Shown: positions 1-9,717, counted from the stretch's first letter. The stretch is 64,000 nt of DNA from an uncultured Pseudomonadales bacterium (GCA_964618725.1 CAZUBK010000002.1:67992-131991); one strand, 5' to 3'. Program-made: numbers and translations. The notes: a model not told the origin generated them from the sequence alone.

Positions 1-325
1 CACCCTCATCTTCGTAGGCAGCGCCTTTATCGACTAATTTCTTGGCATATTCTTGATAGAGAGGAAGTCGATCGGTCTGAATGTAGGGGCCGAAAGGACC
101 ACCTCTACGTGGATCTTCGTCTGGGATTAAACCTAAAAAGTCATGGATCTGATATATCTTCTCAAGAGAATCGAGGACGAGTCGCTTTTGGTCGGTATCT
201 TCGATGCGCAAGATGAACTGACCCCCATACTTCTTGGCGAGGAGATAATCGTACAAAGCGGTACGAGAGTTGCCAATATGAGGAACTCCAGTAGGTGAGG
301 GAGCGTAACGGGTTCGAACGATCAT
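1..325 (-). CDS. gltX: glutamyl-tRNA synthetase, N-terminal part (truncated by window edge)
   Basis: Hand translation MIVRTRYAPSPTGVPHIGNSRTALY...FILRIEDTDQKR; class I HIGH-like motif; not in ORF track. Confidence 0.93.
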   Translation of the reverse strand, partial: MIVRTRYAPSPTGVPHIGNSRTALYDYLLAKKYGGQFILRIEDTDQKRLVLDSLEKIYQIHDFLGLIPDEDPRRGGPFGPYIQTDRLPLYQEYAKKLVDKGAAYEDEG

Positions 326-361
326 GGGCGTATTATACGATACAGACAGACCAAGTTTGGG

Positions 362-473
362 TATAAAAGCTTGCTCATCCTTACTTACAATAATTTGTAT
401 TATTGTAATGTCGTCTTGCGCTTCCTCTTATATCTACTCACATAGTGGCTTCGCACTATATGCTTGATATAAT
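362..473. repeat. dispersed structured element, copy A
   Basis: tataaaag-cttgctc-[ttacaataat ttgt attattgtaa]-gcgcttcctcttata-[stem with gcttcgc]-gatataat; matches copies at 7307 and 16814. Confidence 0.8.
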
Positions 474-479
474 ACAGTA

Positions 480-1556
480 ATGTCATCGTTGACGGAAACA
501 GCATATGTCGCAAGACGAGCAATTAGGTACGGCTCGGTCGGCTTAATCACACTAACTATCCTATGGTTTGTGGGGACGGGGGCGATAAATTGGTGGAAGG
601 CAACTCACCCGGAACCGCCACCACCACCGACGGTTGATTTCGGTCCATTACCTGCAATTGTCTTTCCAGAAAAGAAGATAACGGTAAGCGAGTTTCAGTT
701 ACAGACGCCAACTGGAAGCTTAGGTCGATTCAGTGACCGAGCATTGGTTTTTTATGCTCCAGCGAAACAAAGTGGCTTTTTGGATCCTGATAGGGCAATC
801 GAGCTAGCACGACGATTGAACTTTTTATTTGAGCCGATCCAGTTGTCGGAGACACTGTACCGCTGGACAAAACCTGATCCTATTCCAACGAGCCTAGAGG
901 TGAGTATTGTAACGGGACACTACAAATACAGAAAACAGTGGCAGGCAGACCCCTCGTTGGCGATAAACAAGGTCTTCGTTAGTGAAAGGCAGACGATTAT
1001 GGATGCACTGTCCTTTCTGCGATCTTTAGCTCAACAACAAGAAGATATAGTCGGGTACGAAAAAGTTAGTTTCTTACGGGTACAGGGGGATCAGTTGGTA
1101 CCAGCTATATCTTTATCAGAGGGAGATTTTGTCGAAGTCAATTTCTTTAGGCGGCCATATGAGGTCTTGGGGCCAAAGAAAGAAGTATTAAGCAGTTTTC
1201 CGTTCTACACGGCGGATCCCAAAAATGGCTTGATCACGATTATGGTGTCGGGGTCGATGGAGGATCAAAAGAAGGTAATAGAGACAGACTACAAATATGT
1301 ACCGATTCAGTACGATGTAAGTGGCGAGTATCCGATTAAATCAGTGGAGTTGGCTTTTGAAGAGTTAAAATCGGGAAGTGGTCATATCGCTTCGTTTTTG
1401 GGAAGTGGACCTGCAGTCATTAGAAGAGTAAACTTGGGATACTATGATGCACCAACGGATCAAAAATATGCTATGCCAATTTATGTATTTACCGGAGACC
1501 AAGAGTTCACGGCCTATGTTTCAGCCGTAGACGAGGATCAGATAATAAAGAAATGA
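480..1556 (+). CDS. single-pass membrane-anchored exported hypothetical protein
   Basis: 358-aa ORF, N-terminal TM, Pro-rich linker PEPPPPP; TATAAT 6 nt upstream of ATG. Confidence 0.85.
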   Translation: MSSLTETAYVARRAIRYGSVGLITLTILWFVGTGAINWWKATHPEPPPPPTVDFGPLPAIVFPEKKITVSEFQLQTPTGSLGRFSDRALVFYAPAKQSGFLDPDRAIELARRLNFLFEPIQLSETLYRWTKPDPIPTSLEVSIVTGHYKYRKQWQADPSLAINKVFVSERQTIMDALSFLRSLAQQQEDIVGYEKVSFLRVQGDQLVPAISLSEGDFVEVNFFRRPYEVLGPKKEVLSSFPFYTADPKNGLITIMVSGSMEDQKKVIETDYKYVPIQYDVSGEYPIKSVELAFEELKSGSGHIASFLGSGPAVIRRVNLGYYDAPTDQKYAMPIYVFTGDQEFTAYVSAVDEDQIIKK

Positions 1557-1801
1557 TTAAAGAACGGTACGCTTATTTCGCCTATCTTGACAGCAATTCG
1601 ACAACGGTAGAGCGAGTGATTGAGGTGGAGTGGATAGATCTTGAAGAGAACAAAAGCTTTGGAACAATGCTTGTGCCTGGAAATGACTTCTGGGGCAAGA
1701 CTCGGGAAGAGTTGTGGCAAGAGTTTGAGAAGTGGTCGAAGGAAAAATTAGAGAACGGTCCAGATATGATTGCTGTAGACCCAATCGATGAGAGTCTTTG
1801 A
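1553..1801 (+). CDS. small acidic hypothetical protein
   Basis: ATGA overlap with upstream stop, protein-like composition; 54-bp convergent overlap with the carboxypeptidase 3' end. Confidence 0.55.
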   Translation: MIKERYAYFAYLDSNSTTVERVIEVEWIDLEENKSFGTMLVPGNDFWGKTREELWQEFEKWSKEKLENGPDMIAVDPIDESL

Positions 1802-2713
1802 TTCACCAAAGCGATCAGTAGAGTTAAGTAAGACAATAATCAGGGGGTGTCCCTGTCTCTCAACATAAGTAATGAGACACTCACCGGCGTTTTCTGTCCA
1901 ACCGGTTTTGAAACCCTTGACCCCTTCTACCTGGTCGAGGAGCTCGTTGGTTGAATTCAGTTGATACTTATTTTGGGTATTCTTGGCAGCAATGACGGCC
2001 TTCTTGGTTGAGACGATTTCTCGGATGAGATCAGATTTAAGGGCTTCTTTGGTGAGTATAGCGAGATCCCTGACAGTAGTCCTATGGTCGAGTGACTCAA
2101 TGCCGGAGACATTACTAAACGAAGTGTTACGAAGATTAAGGCCTTGAGCTTTCTGATTCATGGCAGCGACAAAACCAGCGTAGCCCTCCGGGAAGTTCTC
2201 GGCCAAGGTCACAGCCGCGTCATTGGCAGAAGCAACCAATAAGCCAAATAGTAGATCACGAACAGTTAATTGATCGCCTTGGTGCAACTTAATGGTATTA
2301 CCTGTGGCGTCGTTAGCAGTTTTAACGGTAAGCAGTTGATCAAGGGAATAAGCGTCAAGGGCGACTAAAGCGGTCATTATTTTTGTCGTTGAAGCGGGAT
2401 GAAGACGAATATCAGGATTCTTCTCAAAGAGAATAGTAGAGGAGTTGCTATCGAGAATGAAAACGGATTGGGCAGTCAATTCTGGATAGTCCTGACCGAT
2501 AAAGGTAGGAACGTCGATTGGAGGGAAAATTGGTGACACTGTTGATCTAGTTCCGGAACTCAACTGGTAAGTTTGATAAAAATTTTGGCCGGGATACAGA
2601 AAGAGGAGGAAGAGAAGAAGAAAGAAAGAGACGAATTGGAAATAGGTGAAGCGTTTGCGGAAAGACCACAAGAAATAAGACTGAAGACTATTGATCCGGG
2701 CAAGTGGAGACAT
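1748..2713 (-). CDS. D-alanyl-D-alanine carboxypeptidase (peptidase S11)
   Basis: PASTTK (SxxK), SAN (SxN), KTG motifs; N-terminal TM. Confidence 0.92.
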   Translation of the reverse strand: MSPLARINSLQSYFLWSFRKRFTYFQFVSFFLLLFLLFLYPGQNFYQTYQLSSGTRSTVSPIFPPIDVPTFIGQDYPELTAQSVFILDSNSSTILFEKNPDIRLHPASTTKIMTALVALDAYSLDQLLTVKTANDATGNTIKLHQGDQLTVRDLLFGLLVASANDAAVTLAENFPEGYAGFVAAMNQKAQGLNLRNTSFSNVSGIESLDHRTTVRDLAILTKEALKSDLIREIVSTKKAVIAAKNTQNKYQLNSTNELLDQVEGVKGFKTGWTENAGECLITYVERQGHPLIIVLLNSTDRFGESKTLIDWVYSNHIWTVL

Positions 2714-4104
2714 TAGCTGATTACTTTAATATGAAGTTCTTTGAGTTGTTCTTGAGTAGCTGGACTTGGGGCATTCATTACTGATGTTTGTCCGGAAGAA
2801 GAAGTCGGAAAGGCAATGACTTCACGAATGCTTGGCTCACCAAGGAGGGCCATAACAAGGCGGTCTATTCCCGGGGCAATCCCGCCATGGGGGGGCACTC
2901 CAAAAGAGAAAGCGGTTAACATGTGTTCGAATTGTTGCTTTTGCACATCCGAGAAACCAATCAGGTCGAAGACTTTCTCCTGGATTTCTGATTGATGGAT
3001 TCTGATGCTACCTCCACCTACTTCAAATCCATTTAGAACTAGGTCGTGCTGAAGCCCCCTAACTTTGGTTGGATCTGTTTCTAACAGAGGGATATCATCG
3101 GGATGTGGTGAAGTAAACATATGATGAGATGGTGCAAATTTGGCTTGACCTGAGCCGTGATAAAAGTCATCCTTTGACTGCTGTGTGAAAAGAGGGAAAT
3201 CAATGGTCCAGGCAAAGGCAAGCTCATTTGGGTCGTCTTTGTCCTTTCGTAAATCTGGTTTGTCCGTGCCGTATTTGGCGATTGCTTCTTTATGAGGGAT
3301 GCGGGGCCAAGGTGATTGAGAGATATATTTCTCTGGGAAGATTGCCTTGACCATTTCGATGAACATCTTTTCAGTTAGTTGGAGAATATCTTCTTGGGTA
3401 ACAAACGACATCTCCAGATCTAGTTGCGTAAATTCACCATATGCTCGATCAGCTCGCGGATCTTCATCCCGGAAACAGCGAGGAAACTGGAAGTATCTTT
3501 CTAAACCGGCGACCATAAGGAGTTGCTTGTATTGCTGTGGACTTTGAGGGAGAGCGTAAAAATTGCCAGGCTGAAGTCGAGAAGGAACCAAGAAGTCGCG
3601 GGCACCCTCAGGGGTTGTCTTGGTAAGAATTGGAGTTTCCACCTCAATAAAGTCTTGTGCTGAAAGCCAGTTGCGGATGAAGTGTTTTACTTTGGCTTGG
3701 TAGCGGAGATTTCTGTTCATTCGCTGACGGCGAAGGTCAAGATAGCGATATTTTAGACGGACAACTTCATCGATTTCGTAACCGTCAGTATCTAGTGGCA
3801 AGGGCAATTCTTTAGCATGAGAAATGACTCTGGCGTTTCTTGCTTCAATCTCAACCTGACCTGTTTCCAAATTAGCATTTATCAAATTCTTTGGTCGGAT
3901 CTTGACGATCCCCTCTATTTCGACGACAGATTCAGGCTTAAGAGCAAAGAGAATATTAGTACCAACAATTTGAATTAGTCCGGTCCGGTCGCGGAGATCG
4001 ATAAAAATGATTTTACCGTGGTCTCGACGGGTATTGACCCAACCTTTGAGGAGGACGGTTTCACCGACTTTGTTAACAGTGTCTCTAATAAGTGTTCTTT
4101 CCAT
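2713..4104 (-). CDS. aspS: aspartyl-tRNA synthetase, short form lacking the GAD insert; likely start MERTLIRD
   Basis: RRDHGKIIFIDLRD, LPQSPQQYKQLLM, FRDED, PPHGGIAPGIDR motifs. Confidence 0.95.
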   Translation of the reverse strand: MERTLIRDTVNKVGETVLLKGWVNTRRDHGKIIFIDLRDRTGLIQIVGTNILFALKPESVVEIEGIVKIRPKNLINANLETGQVEIEARNARVISHAKELPLPLDTDGYEIDEVVRLKYRYLDLRRQRMNRNLRYQAKVKHFIRNWLSAQDFIEVETPILTKTTPEGARDFLVPSRLQPGNFYALPQSPQQYKQLLMVAGLERYFQFPRCFRDEDPRADRAYGEFTQLDLEMSFVTQEDILQLTEKMFIEMVKAIFPEKYISQSPWPRIPHKEAIAKYGTDKPDLRKDKDDPNELAFAWTIDFPLFTQQSKDDFYHGSGQAKFAPSHHMFTSPHPDDIPLLETDPTKVRGLQHDLVLNGFEVGGGSIRIHQSEIQEKVFDLIGFSDVQKQQFEHMLTAFSFGVPPHGGIAPGIDRLVMALLGEPSIREVIAFPTSSSGQTSVMNAPSPATQEQLKELHIKVIS

Positions 4105-4142
4105 GTTTGAATTATATCCCATTATGAGCTTGCTTATGATGA

Positions 4143-5621
4143 CTAATTGCCGCTTTCTTGCAACTGGCGAATTTTGGCTTTGGCTTTTTGAGTCTTAATA
4201 AATCGGACCCAGTCTTTACTTGGCTTTTTGGGGTGTTTGCTTTTGATAATTTCAATAACGTCGCCGCTTTTGAGCTGGTAGCTGAGAGAGGCTATCTTAC
4301 TGTTGACTTTGGCTGCCTGGATGAATTTACCTAAATCGGTATGGACGGCGAAAGCATAGTCTATCGGAGTTGCCCCTGCAGGAAGATCATAGACGTCACC
4401 TTTAGGGGAGAAGACATAGATACGAGAAGAGAGGGCGTCAAGTTTTAGGCTATCGACAAACTCTTCGCTAGTTTGCAAATCCGCTTGCCAAGAGGCGAGC
4501 TGCTTGACCCAGGCCATTTTTTGACTTGGATCGACTTTGACTCCTTTTTCTAGTGTGGAGTCACTCACTCCCTTGGTCTTGGCTTCGGAGTAGGCAAAGT
4601 GGGCAGCGGCACCATATTCGGCTTGTTGGTGCATTTGCTCACTGCGGATTTGGATTTCGATGATGCGACCGGTTTTCTCGAAAATCTTAGTGTGGATTGA
4701 TTGGTAGCCGTTGGGTTTGGGTTGGGCGATGAAGTCGCTGACACCAAGATGGGGAACGGGTTTCCAGTGAGTATGAATGATGCCCAAAGCGGAGTAACAA
4801 TGGAGTTTACTGTCAGTGATGATGCGCAAAGCAATGAGATCGTGGATCTTTTTTATGTCTTTGTTAATCTCAGGACGGAGAAGTTTTTTGTAGAGACTAT
4901 ACTTGTGTTTATGCCGGCCATGAACTTGAGCGGGGATATTGTTCTCTGTAAGTTTGGCTTTTACTTGACGAATGAGGCTTTGGGTCACTTCTTCGGCTTT
5001 GTGGAAGTGAGGCAAGGAAAGATGCGTCACCCACTGGTATTGCTTGGGATATGCGTAAGCAAAGGCGAGATCTTCGAGTTGACCCTTGAGGAAACCCATT
5101 CCGAGACGTTCGGCAAGAGGGGAATAGATCTCGAGTGTCTCCAAGGCAATACGACGTTGTTTAGAAAGTGGGACAGCGTCAAGGGTCTGCATATTGTGAA
5201 GACGATCAGCGAGACGAATGAGAACCACGCGAATGTCTTTGGCCATAGAAACGAACATCTTACGTAAATTCTCAACAAAGATATGGTCAGTACTGCCCCG
5301 AAGGCGGACACTACCCACCTTGGTAACACCATCAACAAGAAAGGCAACATCTTCGCCGAATTTTTCTCTGAGCTGTTCGAGGGTGACGTCGGTATCTTCA
5401 ACGGTATCATGAAGAAGTGCGGCTTCAAGGACGGTTTGGCCTTGACCCCAACTGGCGAGGATACGAGCGACTTGGAGAGGATGTTCTATATACTTTTCCC
5501 CGGAGTAGCGGAGCTGCCCCTCATGGGCATTAGCAGCAAATTGAAAAACATCCTCAAGACGCTTTAGATCAAGATTAACTTTGTTCTTTTGAGCGGTGGT
5601 GATTAATTTACTAAATGACAT
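4143..5621 (-). CDS. rel: RelA/SpoT (p)ppGpp synthetase/hydrolase with HD, synthetase and TGS domains
   Basis: LLHDTVED, ADRLHNM, PKPNGYQSIHT, EIQIR, GATPIDYAFAVHT. Confidence 0.93.
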   Translation of the reverse strand: MSFSKLITTAQKNKVNLDLKRLEDVFQFAANAHEGQLRYSGEKYIEHPLQVARILASWGQGQTVLEAALLHDTVEDTDVTLEQLREKFGEDVAFLVDGVTKVGSVRLRGSTDHIFVENLRKMFVSMAKDIRVVLIRLADRLHNMQTLDAVPLSKQRRIALETLEIYSPLAERLGMGFLKGQLEDLAFAYAYPKQYQWVTHLSLPHFHKAEEVTQSLIRQVKAKLTENNIPAQVHGRHKHKYSLYKKLLRPEINKDIKKIHDLIALRIITDSKLHCYSALGIIHTHWKPVPHLGVSDFIAQPKPNGYQSIHTKIFEKTGRIIEIQIRSEQMHQQAEYGAAAHFAYSEAKTKGVSDSTLEKGVKVDPSQKMAWVKQLASWQADLQTSEEFVDSLKLDALSSRIYVFSPKGDVYDLPAGATPIDYAFAVHTDLGKFIQAAKVNSKIASLSYQLKSGDVIEIIKSKHPKKPSKDWVRFIKTQKAKAKIRQLQESGN

Positions 5622-5641
5622 GGGTGTATTTTACCCCATGG

Positions 5642-7288
5642 TCACAGTAGAGGGGACAGAATGATATCCTTGACGAGGAGTTGGGGACTTATTTTGTCCC
5701 GAAAAACATTTTTTTGAAAATTAAAGGCAAGCTTAATGGTGGAGTTTAGAGATATTTGATTGCTTAAGCGGCCTTGGTTGAAGGCGATGATATCAAGACC
5801 ATTAAAGGGATACTTAGCGAGAATTTTCAGATGGGCTTGGTTTTTGCCAAGTAGCTTGGTCGAAGAAATGGGTAGCGTAACGCTAAAGACTGGCTCTTCA
5901 TTACCCATGCCAAATGGGGCAAGACGTTCCAAAGAGCTAAGTAAATTCATGGTGAGATCTTCCGGGACTAGTTCAATGTCTATGTCTAGTTTTTTGACCA
6001 GAAGAGAGTCATCTATCGTCTCGGATTGTTCGGAAAGGAAAGATTGAATCTTTTTAAGATTTTGGGGGTTAAAGGAGAGACCGGCAGCTTGGTGATGACC
6101 ACCGACGCTGAGAAAATGTTGCTGCCCTTTTTTCAGAAATTCGGTGATATCAAGGCCGGGAACACTCCTGGCCGAAGCCTTGCCCACACTAGGAGAAAGG
6201 GTGGCAACAACGGCGGGACGATGGAAGTGATCAACTAGTTTACTGGCAATTAGACCAATGATTCCTTCATGGAGGTGCTTGTCGGCGTAAAAAATAACTT
6301 TAGGTAATGGATCAAGTGACGAAAAGTATTCGATTGCATTCTTAGCGGCGTTGCTAGTGAGAAATTGCCTATCTTGATTGACGGTGGAAAGAAGGTAAGC
6401 CGTGACGGAGGCATGGACAGGATCATTGGTAGTTAAAAGAGAGAGGGCGTCTTTGGCATGACCGAGACGGCCGACCGCATTGATTCTGGGTCCGAGAATA
6501 AAGCCTAGATGATAGGTAGAGATGGTTTTGGGATCTAAACCATTCATCTCAAAAAGAGCATTAAGACCGGGATGCTTAGTACTATGAAGTTGACTCAAGC
6601 CATGCTTAACAAGAGAGCGATTGAGGCCGGTGAGGGGGAGAAGATCACAGACGGTGGCCAAACTAGCTAGTTCCAGTGACAAACGGCGATTCAGAAGGAT
6701 GGAGCCTAAGAGCCAGGCAATTCCTGATCCAGAGAGAAGGGTGGTATGAACAATGAAATTAGCCTCCGGGAGGTTAGGTGGCAATTGATGATGATCGGTA
6801 ATAATGATGTCTATGTTTTGAGAACGAAGTAGTTTGACGGCGTCGACTGCGCTAATACCGTTATCAACAGTGATGACCAAGGGATTCTCTTTTGCTTTTA
6901 GAGCGTCCTCTAAACCTTTGGTGCTTAAACCATAACCATGATTGACTCGATGAGGAATGAAGACAGCGACGTCGGCACCCAACTCTTTGAGCGTACTATA
7001 GAGAATGGCGGAGGCACAAACTCCGTCACAATCATAATCTCCATAGATGATAATTGGCTTGTTCTTCTGAATGATCGCTTTTATGTACTCGACGGCGCCT
7101 GAGAGTTGTTCTTGGTCTAGGTCGACGAGAAGCTGAAAGAGTCTCTCTCTGGTGGGCAGGGGAGGATTGAGAAAATCGGTAAGCGCCGCTTTATCAATTT
7201 CGCGGTTGGCGAGAAGAACTTCAATAATTTCTTCCAGTCGGTCCTCTTGGCTTTTTTTAGATAGTTTGCCTTTGATGTTCCAGTGCAT
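5642..7288 (-). CDS. recJ: ssDNA-specific exonuclease RecJ
   Basis: GDYDCDG, ITVDNG, TDHH, GPRINAVGR, GGH, PFGMGN motifs. Confidence 0.95.
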   Translation of the reverse strand: MHWNIKGKLSKKSQEDRLEEIIEVLLANREIDKAALTDFLNPPLPTRERLFQLLVDLDQEQLSGAVEYIKAIIQKNKPIIIYGDYDCDGVCASAILYSTLKELGADVAVFIPHRVNHGYGLSTKGLEDALKAKENPLVITVDNGISAVDAVKLLRSQNIDIIITDHHQLPPNLPEANFIVHTTLLSGSGIAWLLGSILLNRRLSLELASLATVCDLLPLTGLNRSLVKHGLSQLHSTKHPGLNALFEMNGLDPKTISTYHLGFILGPRINAVGRLGHAKDALSLLTTNDPVHASVTAYLLSTVNQDRQFLTSNAAKNAIEYFSSLDPLPKVIFYADKHLHEGIIGLIASKLVDHFHRPAVVATLSPSVGKASARSVPGLDITEFLKKGQQHFLSVGGHHQAAGLSFNPQNLKKIQSFLSEQSETIDDSLLVKKLDIDIELVPEDLTMNLLSSLERLAPFGMGNEEPVFSVTLPISSTKLLGKNQAHLKILAKYPFNGLDIIAFNQGRLSNQISLNSTIKLAFNFQKNVFRDKISPQLLVKDIILSPLL

Positions 7289-7306
7289 GTTTAGACTAGT
7301 TGTGGT

Positions 7307-7434
7307 TGTAAGAGCTTGCTCGCTACAAAAGAATAACTTCGTTATTTTTCTTTTTTCGCTGTGCTTGCCTCTTATATCCCGACGTTAGTGGTCCTCGCTT
7401 CGTTTTGGTTCCACTACTGACCGGGATATATAAT
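7307..7434. repeat. dispersed structured element, copy C
   Basis: tgtaagag-cttgctcgct-[aataac ttc gttatt]-cgctgtgcttgcctcttata; tatatcccg/cgggatata stem enclosing tagtgg/ccacta and gcttcg; ends in TATAAT. Confidence 0.8.
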
Positions 7435-7440
7435 ACTAAT

Positions 7441-9003
7441 ATGGTTCGAAGACAGCTTACTAGAGATGAGGAAAACTTGCTACCAATACCAACGCGAGAT
7501 ATTTTTGTTCGTTTCTTGAAAGCAGACAAGGAGATCTATTTAGTGGGAGCTGGAGTGCGAGCCGTGCTGAAAGGGGAAGTGCCGAAAGATAGCGACTTTA
7601 CGACGAACGCGAGACCGGACGAAATTAAAGAAATTACTGCAGATCTAGATCCATTTTATGACAATATCTTTGGAACAGTGGGCATGGAGGTATTGGTGGA
7701 AGGAAAAAAAGAGATATACGAGATCACAACGTACAGAACGGAGAGAGGGTACACCGATACGAGACGACCAGACGAAGTAAGTTGGGGGGATAGTTTGGAA
7801 GAGGATCTAAACAGGCGGGACTTCACGATGAATGCGGTGGTGATCGGGCCACGTAAAACGTGGCAAGCCGAAATGTCGCAAGTCAAAACGTGGCAAGCCA
7901 ATGGAGAACGAGTCTTAGAAACGCGACAAGGCATAGAGTACGAACTAACGGACTATTTTGGCGGACTGGATGACTTTGGAAGGGGGATAATAAGGACGGT
8001 TGGAGAAGCAAAGAAGCGGTTCTCGGAAGACGCACTGCGAATGATGCGGGCGATCAGGTTCGCCGCACAATTAGGATTTATTATTGAAGAGAAAACGCTT
8101 GAGGGACTAAAAGAGAATGCGGCGCTGCTGCAAAAGATCAGTCGTGAACGAGTTAGGGATGAGTTGATGAAAATACTGAAGAGTAGCTATCCGGCGGACG
8201 GGATACATTTGTTAATGACGACGGGACTAATGGAGTTCATCATCCCCGAGGTCTTAGAAGCAAAGGATGTGGCCCAGACGGGACATCACGTTTTGGATGT
8301 CTATTCGCATATGCTTGAGTCGCTGCGGGGGTGTCCGAGTAGTGATCCGGTAGTTCGGTTGGCGACTTTGTTACATGATGTGGGTAAGCCAAAAACAAGA
8401 AGACTTAGATGCCTTAAGTGCGGATGGGTAATGAAAGAGAAAGACAGAATTGAAGAAGGCGAAACGGCGGTGATGACACGGTACAGGTGTCCGCGATGCG
8501 AAACAGTTCAGAGTGAACATCAGGCGGGAACATTTTACGGACACGAAGTGGTGGGAGCTAGGATGGTTGAGGAAATTGCTGAGAGACTCAAATTCTCAAA
8601 GAAAGAAAAAGAAAAAATGGTGACCTTGGTGCGTTGGCACATGTTCTCTTACAATCCGGAGATGACAGATGCTTCGATTAGACGATTCATTAAGCGGGTG
8701 GGAAAAGAGAACATCAATGACATGATGCTGCTTCGAGTTGGAGACAGAAAGGGAGGTGGAAGCAAGACAACAAGCTGGAGACTGCAGGAGCTACAGCGAC
8801 GAATTGGGGAACAGTTGTTTGAGCCGATGACAATAATTGATTTGGTAATCAAGGGAACGGATGTGATGGAGATATTGAAGATCAAGCCAAGCCGAAAGGT
8901 GGGAGAGATCCTAAATGCTTTGTTTGAAGAAGTAATCGAGGACACGAGTAAAAATTCTAGGGAGTATTTAATAAGGAGGGTAGAAGAATTGGGTGTACAA
9001 TAA
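7441..9003 (+). CDS. cca: CCA-adding tRNA nucleotidyltransferase with HD domain; likely start MVRRQL
   Basis: VGAGVR..DSDFTT, RRDFTMNA, EDALRMMRAIRF, SRERVRDE, LLHDVGK. Confidence 0.9.
   Translation: MVRRQLTRDEENLLPIPTRDIFVRFLKADKEIYLVGAGVRAVLKGEVPKDSDFTTNARPDEIKEITADLDPFYDNIFGTVGMEVLVEGKKEIYEITTYRTERGYTDTRRPDEVSWGDSLEEDLNRRDFTMNAVVIGPRKTWQAEMSQVKTWQANGERVLETRQGIEYELTDYFGGLDDFGRGIIRTVGEAKKRFSEDALRMMRAIRFAAQLGFIIEEKTLEGLKENAALLQKISRERVRDELMKILKSSYPADGIHLLMTTGLMEFIIPEVLEAKDVAQTGHHVLDVYSHMLESLRGCPSSDPVVRLATLLHDVGKPKTRRLRCLKCGWVMKEKDRIEEGETAVMTRYRCPRCETVQSEHQAGTFYGHEVVGARMVEEIAERLKFSKKEKEKMVTLVRWHMFSYNPEMTDASIRRFIKRVGKENINDMMLLRVGDRKGGGSKTTSWRLQELQRRIGEQLFEPMTIIDLVIKGTDVMEILKIKPSRKVGEILNALFEEVIEDTSKNSREYLIRRVEELGVQ
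7855..7899 (+). repeat. in-frame 15-bp tandem repeat x3 (KTWQA-EMSQV-KTWQA)
   Basis: aaaacgtggcaagcc / gaaatgtcgcaagtc / aaaacgtggcaagcc. Confidence 0.8.
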
Positions 9004-9031
9004 AGGGAACACTTTGATAAGGAGTTTTTCA

Positions 9032-9214
9032 GTGAAAGGTAAGATCTTGCGATTGATCATTGAAAGCACCATTACCTTTCTGGCCGCCGTGGTGGCGATT
9101 GCAATTACAGTAGCTCTTGGAGTTTCTCGATTGGTAACAGATGTGACAATGCTAGTTGTGATTGCGATTGTTTTGTTCTTCTTGATTGACCCGCTAGATC
9201 TGCGGGCAAGATAA
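9032..9214 (+). CDS. small two-TM orphan protein (GTG start)
   Basis: AAGGAG at 9019-9024, hydrophobic ORF, followed by terminator. Confidence 0.65.
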   Translation: MKGKILRLIIESTITFLAAVVAIAITVALGVSRLVTDVTMLVVIAIVLFFLIDPLDLRAR

Positions 9215-9250
9215 AAAAGTTTTGGATTGAATGAATAGCTATTGCAAGAA

Positions 9251-9275
9251 AGAGCCCCGTTGATGCGGGGCTTTT
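9251..9275. terminator. intrinsic terminator between convergent genes
   Basis: agccccg ttgatg cggggct tttt. Confidence 0.8.
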
Positions 9276-9308
9276 GTGTTTTGACGGATAGTAAGATTCT
9301 AGCTGATC

Positions 9309-9671
9309 TTATTTGGAAAGGAACATCTTATTTATCCAAAGATCGGTAGGTTCAAGCTTACCACCTACATCCAGTATTGCTCTTACAACAACATATTTAC
9401 CTTCATAGCGAATCAATTCAAGTTCTATTTCGACTCGAATTCGATCTGCAGAGAAGTCCTGTTGGGGAATAGAAAGGGAAGTTTGACTTACCACTATTCG
9501 ACACCAGCTATTGAAAGGCTTTTCCACTGAGACTTTTATATCAAATATGGCAGGAAGAATAAGTCCGAGGTGGGCCAGCGGATTTGAGTGATCAGTAGCG
9601 ATGATTGATCGTTCTTGTGAACGGACACCCTCTTTTATTTTAACAAGTCCATCGACCTTAATCTTTTCCAC
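9309..9671 (-). CDS. orphan hypothetical protein
   Basis: 120 aa, GTG start with AGGAG, TAAAAT upstream. Confidence 0.7.
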   Translation of the reverse strand: MEKIKVDGLVKIKEGVRSQERSIIATDHSNPLAHLGLILPAIFDIKVSVEKPFNSWCRIVVSQTSLSIPQQDFSADRIRVEIELELIRYEGKYVVVRAILDVGGKLEPTDLWINKMFLSK

Positions 9672-9717
9672 AGTGCTCTCCTTGAATACTCAAGATGTTT
9701 CATTTTACCAGTTTATT

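Noticed and set aside
4122-4135. ttatgagcttgctt, resembling the element's left arm
   Set aside because: No hairpins or CCTCTTATA follow; too short to call a fourth copy.
7323-7529. ORF 7323-7529 (-) and the 7405 start for cca
   Set aside because: They run through element C; TATAAT plus 6 nt supports ATG7441.
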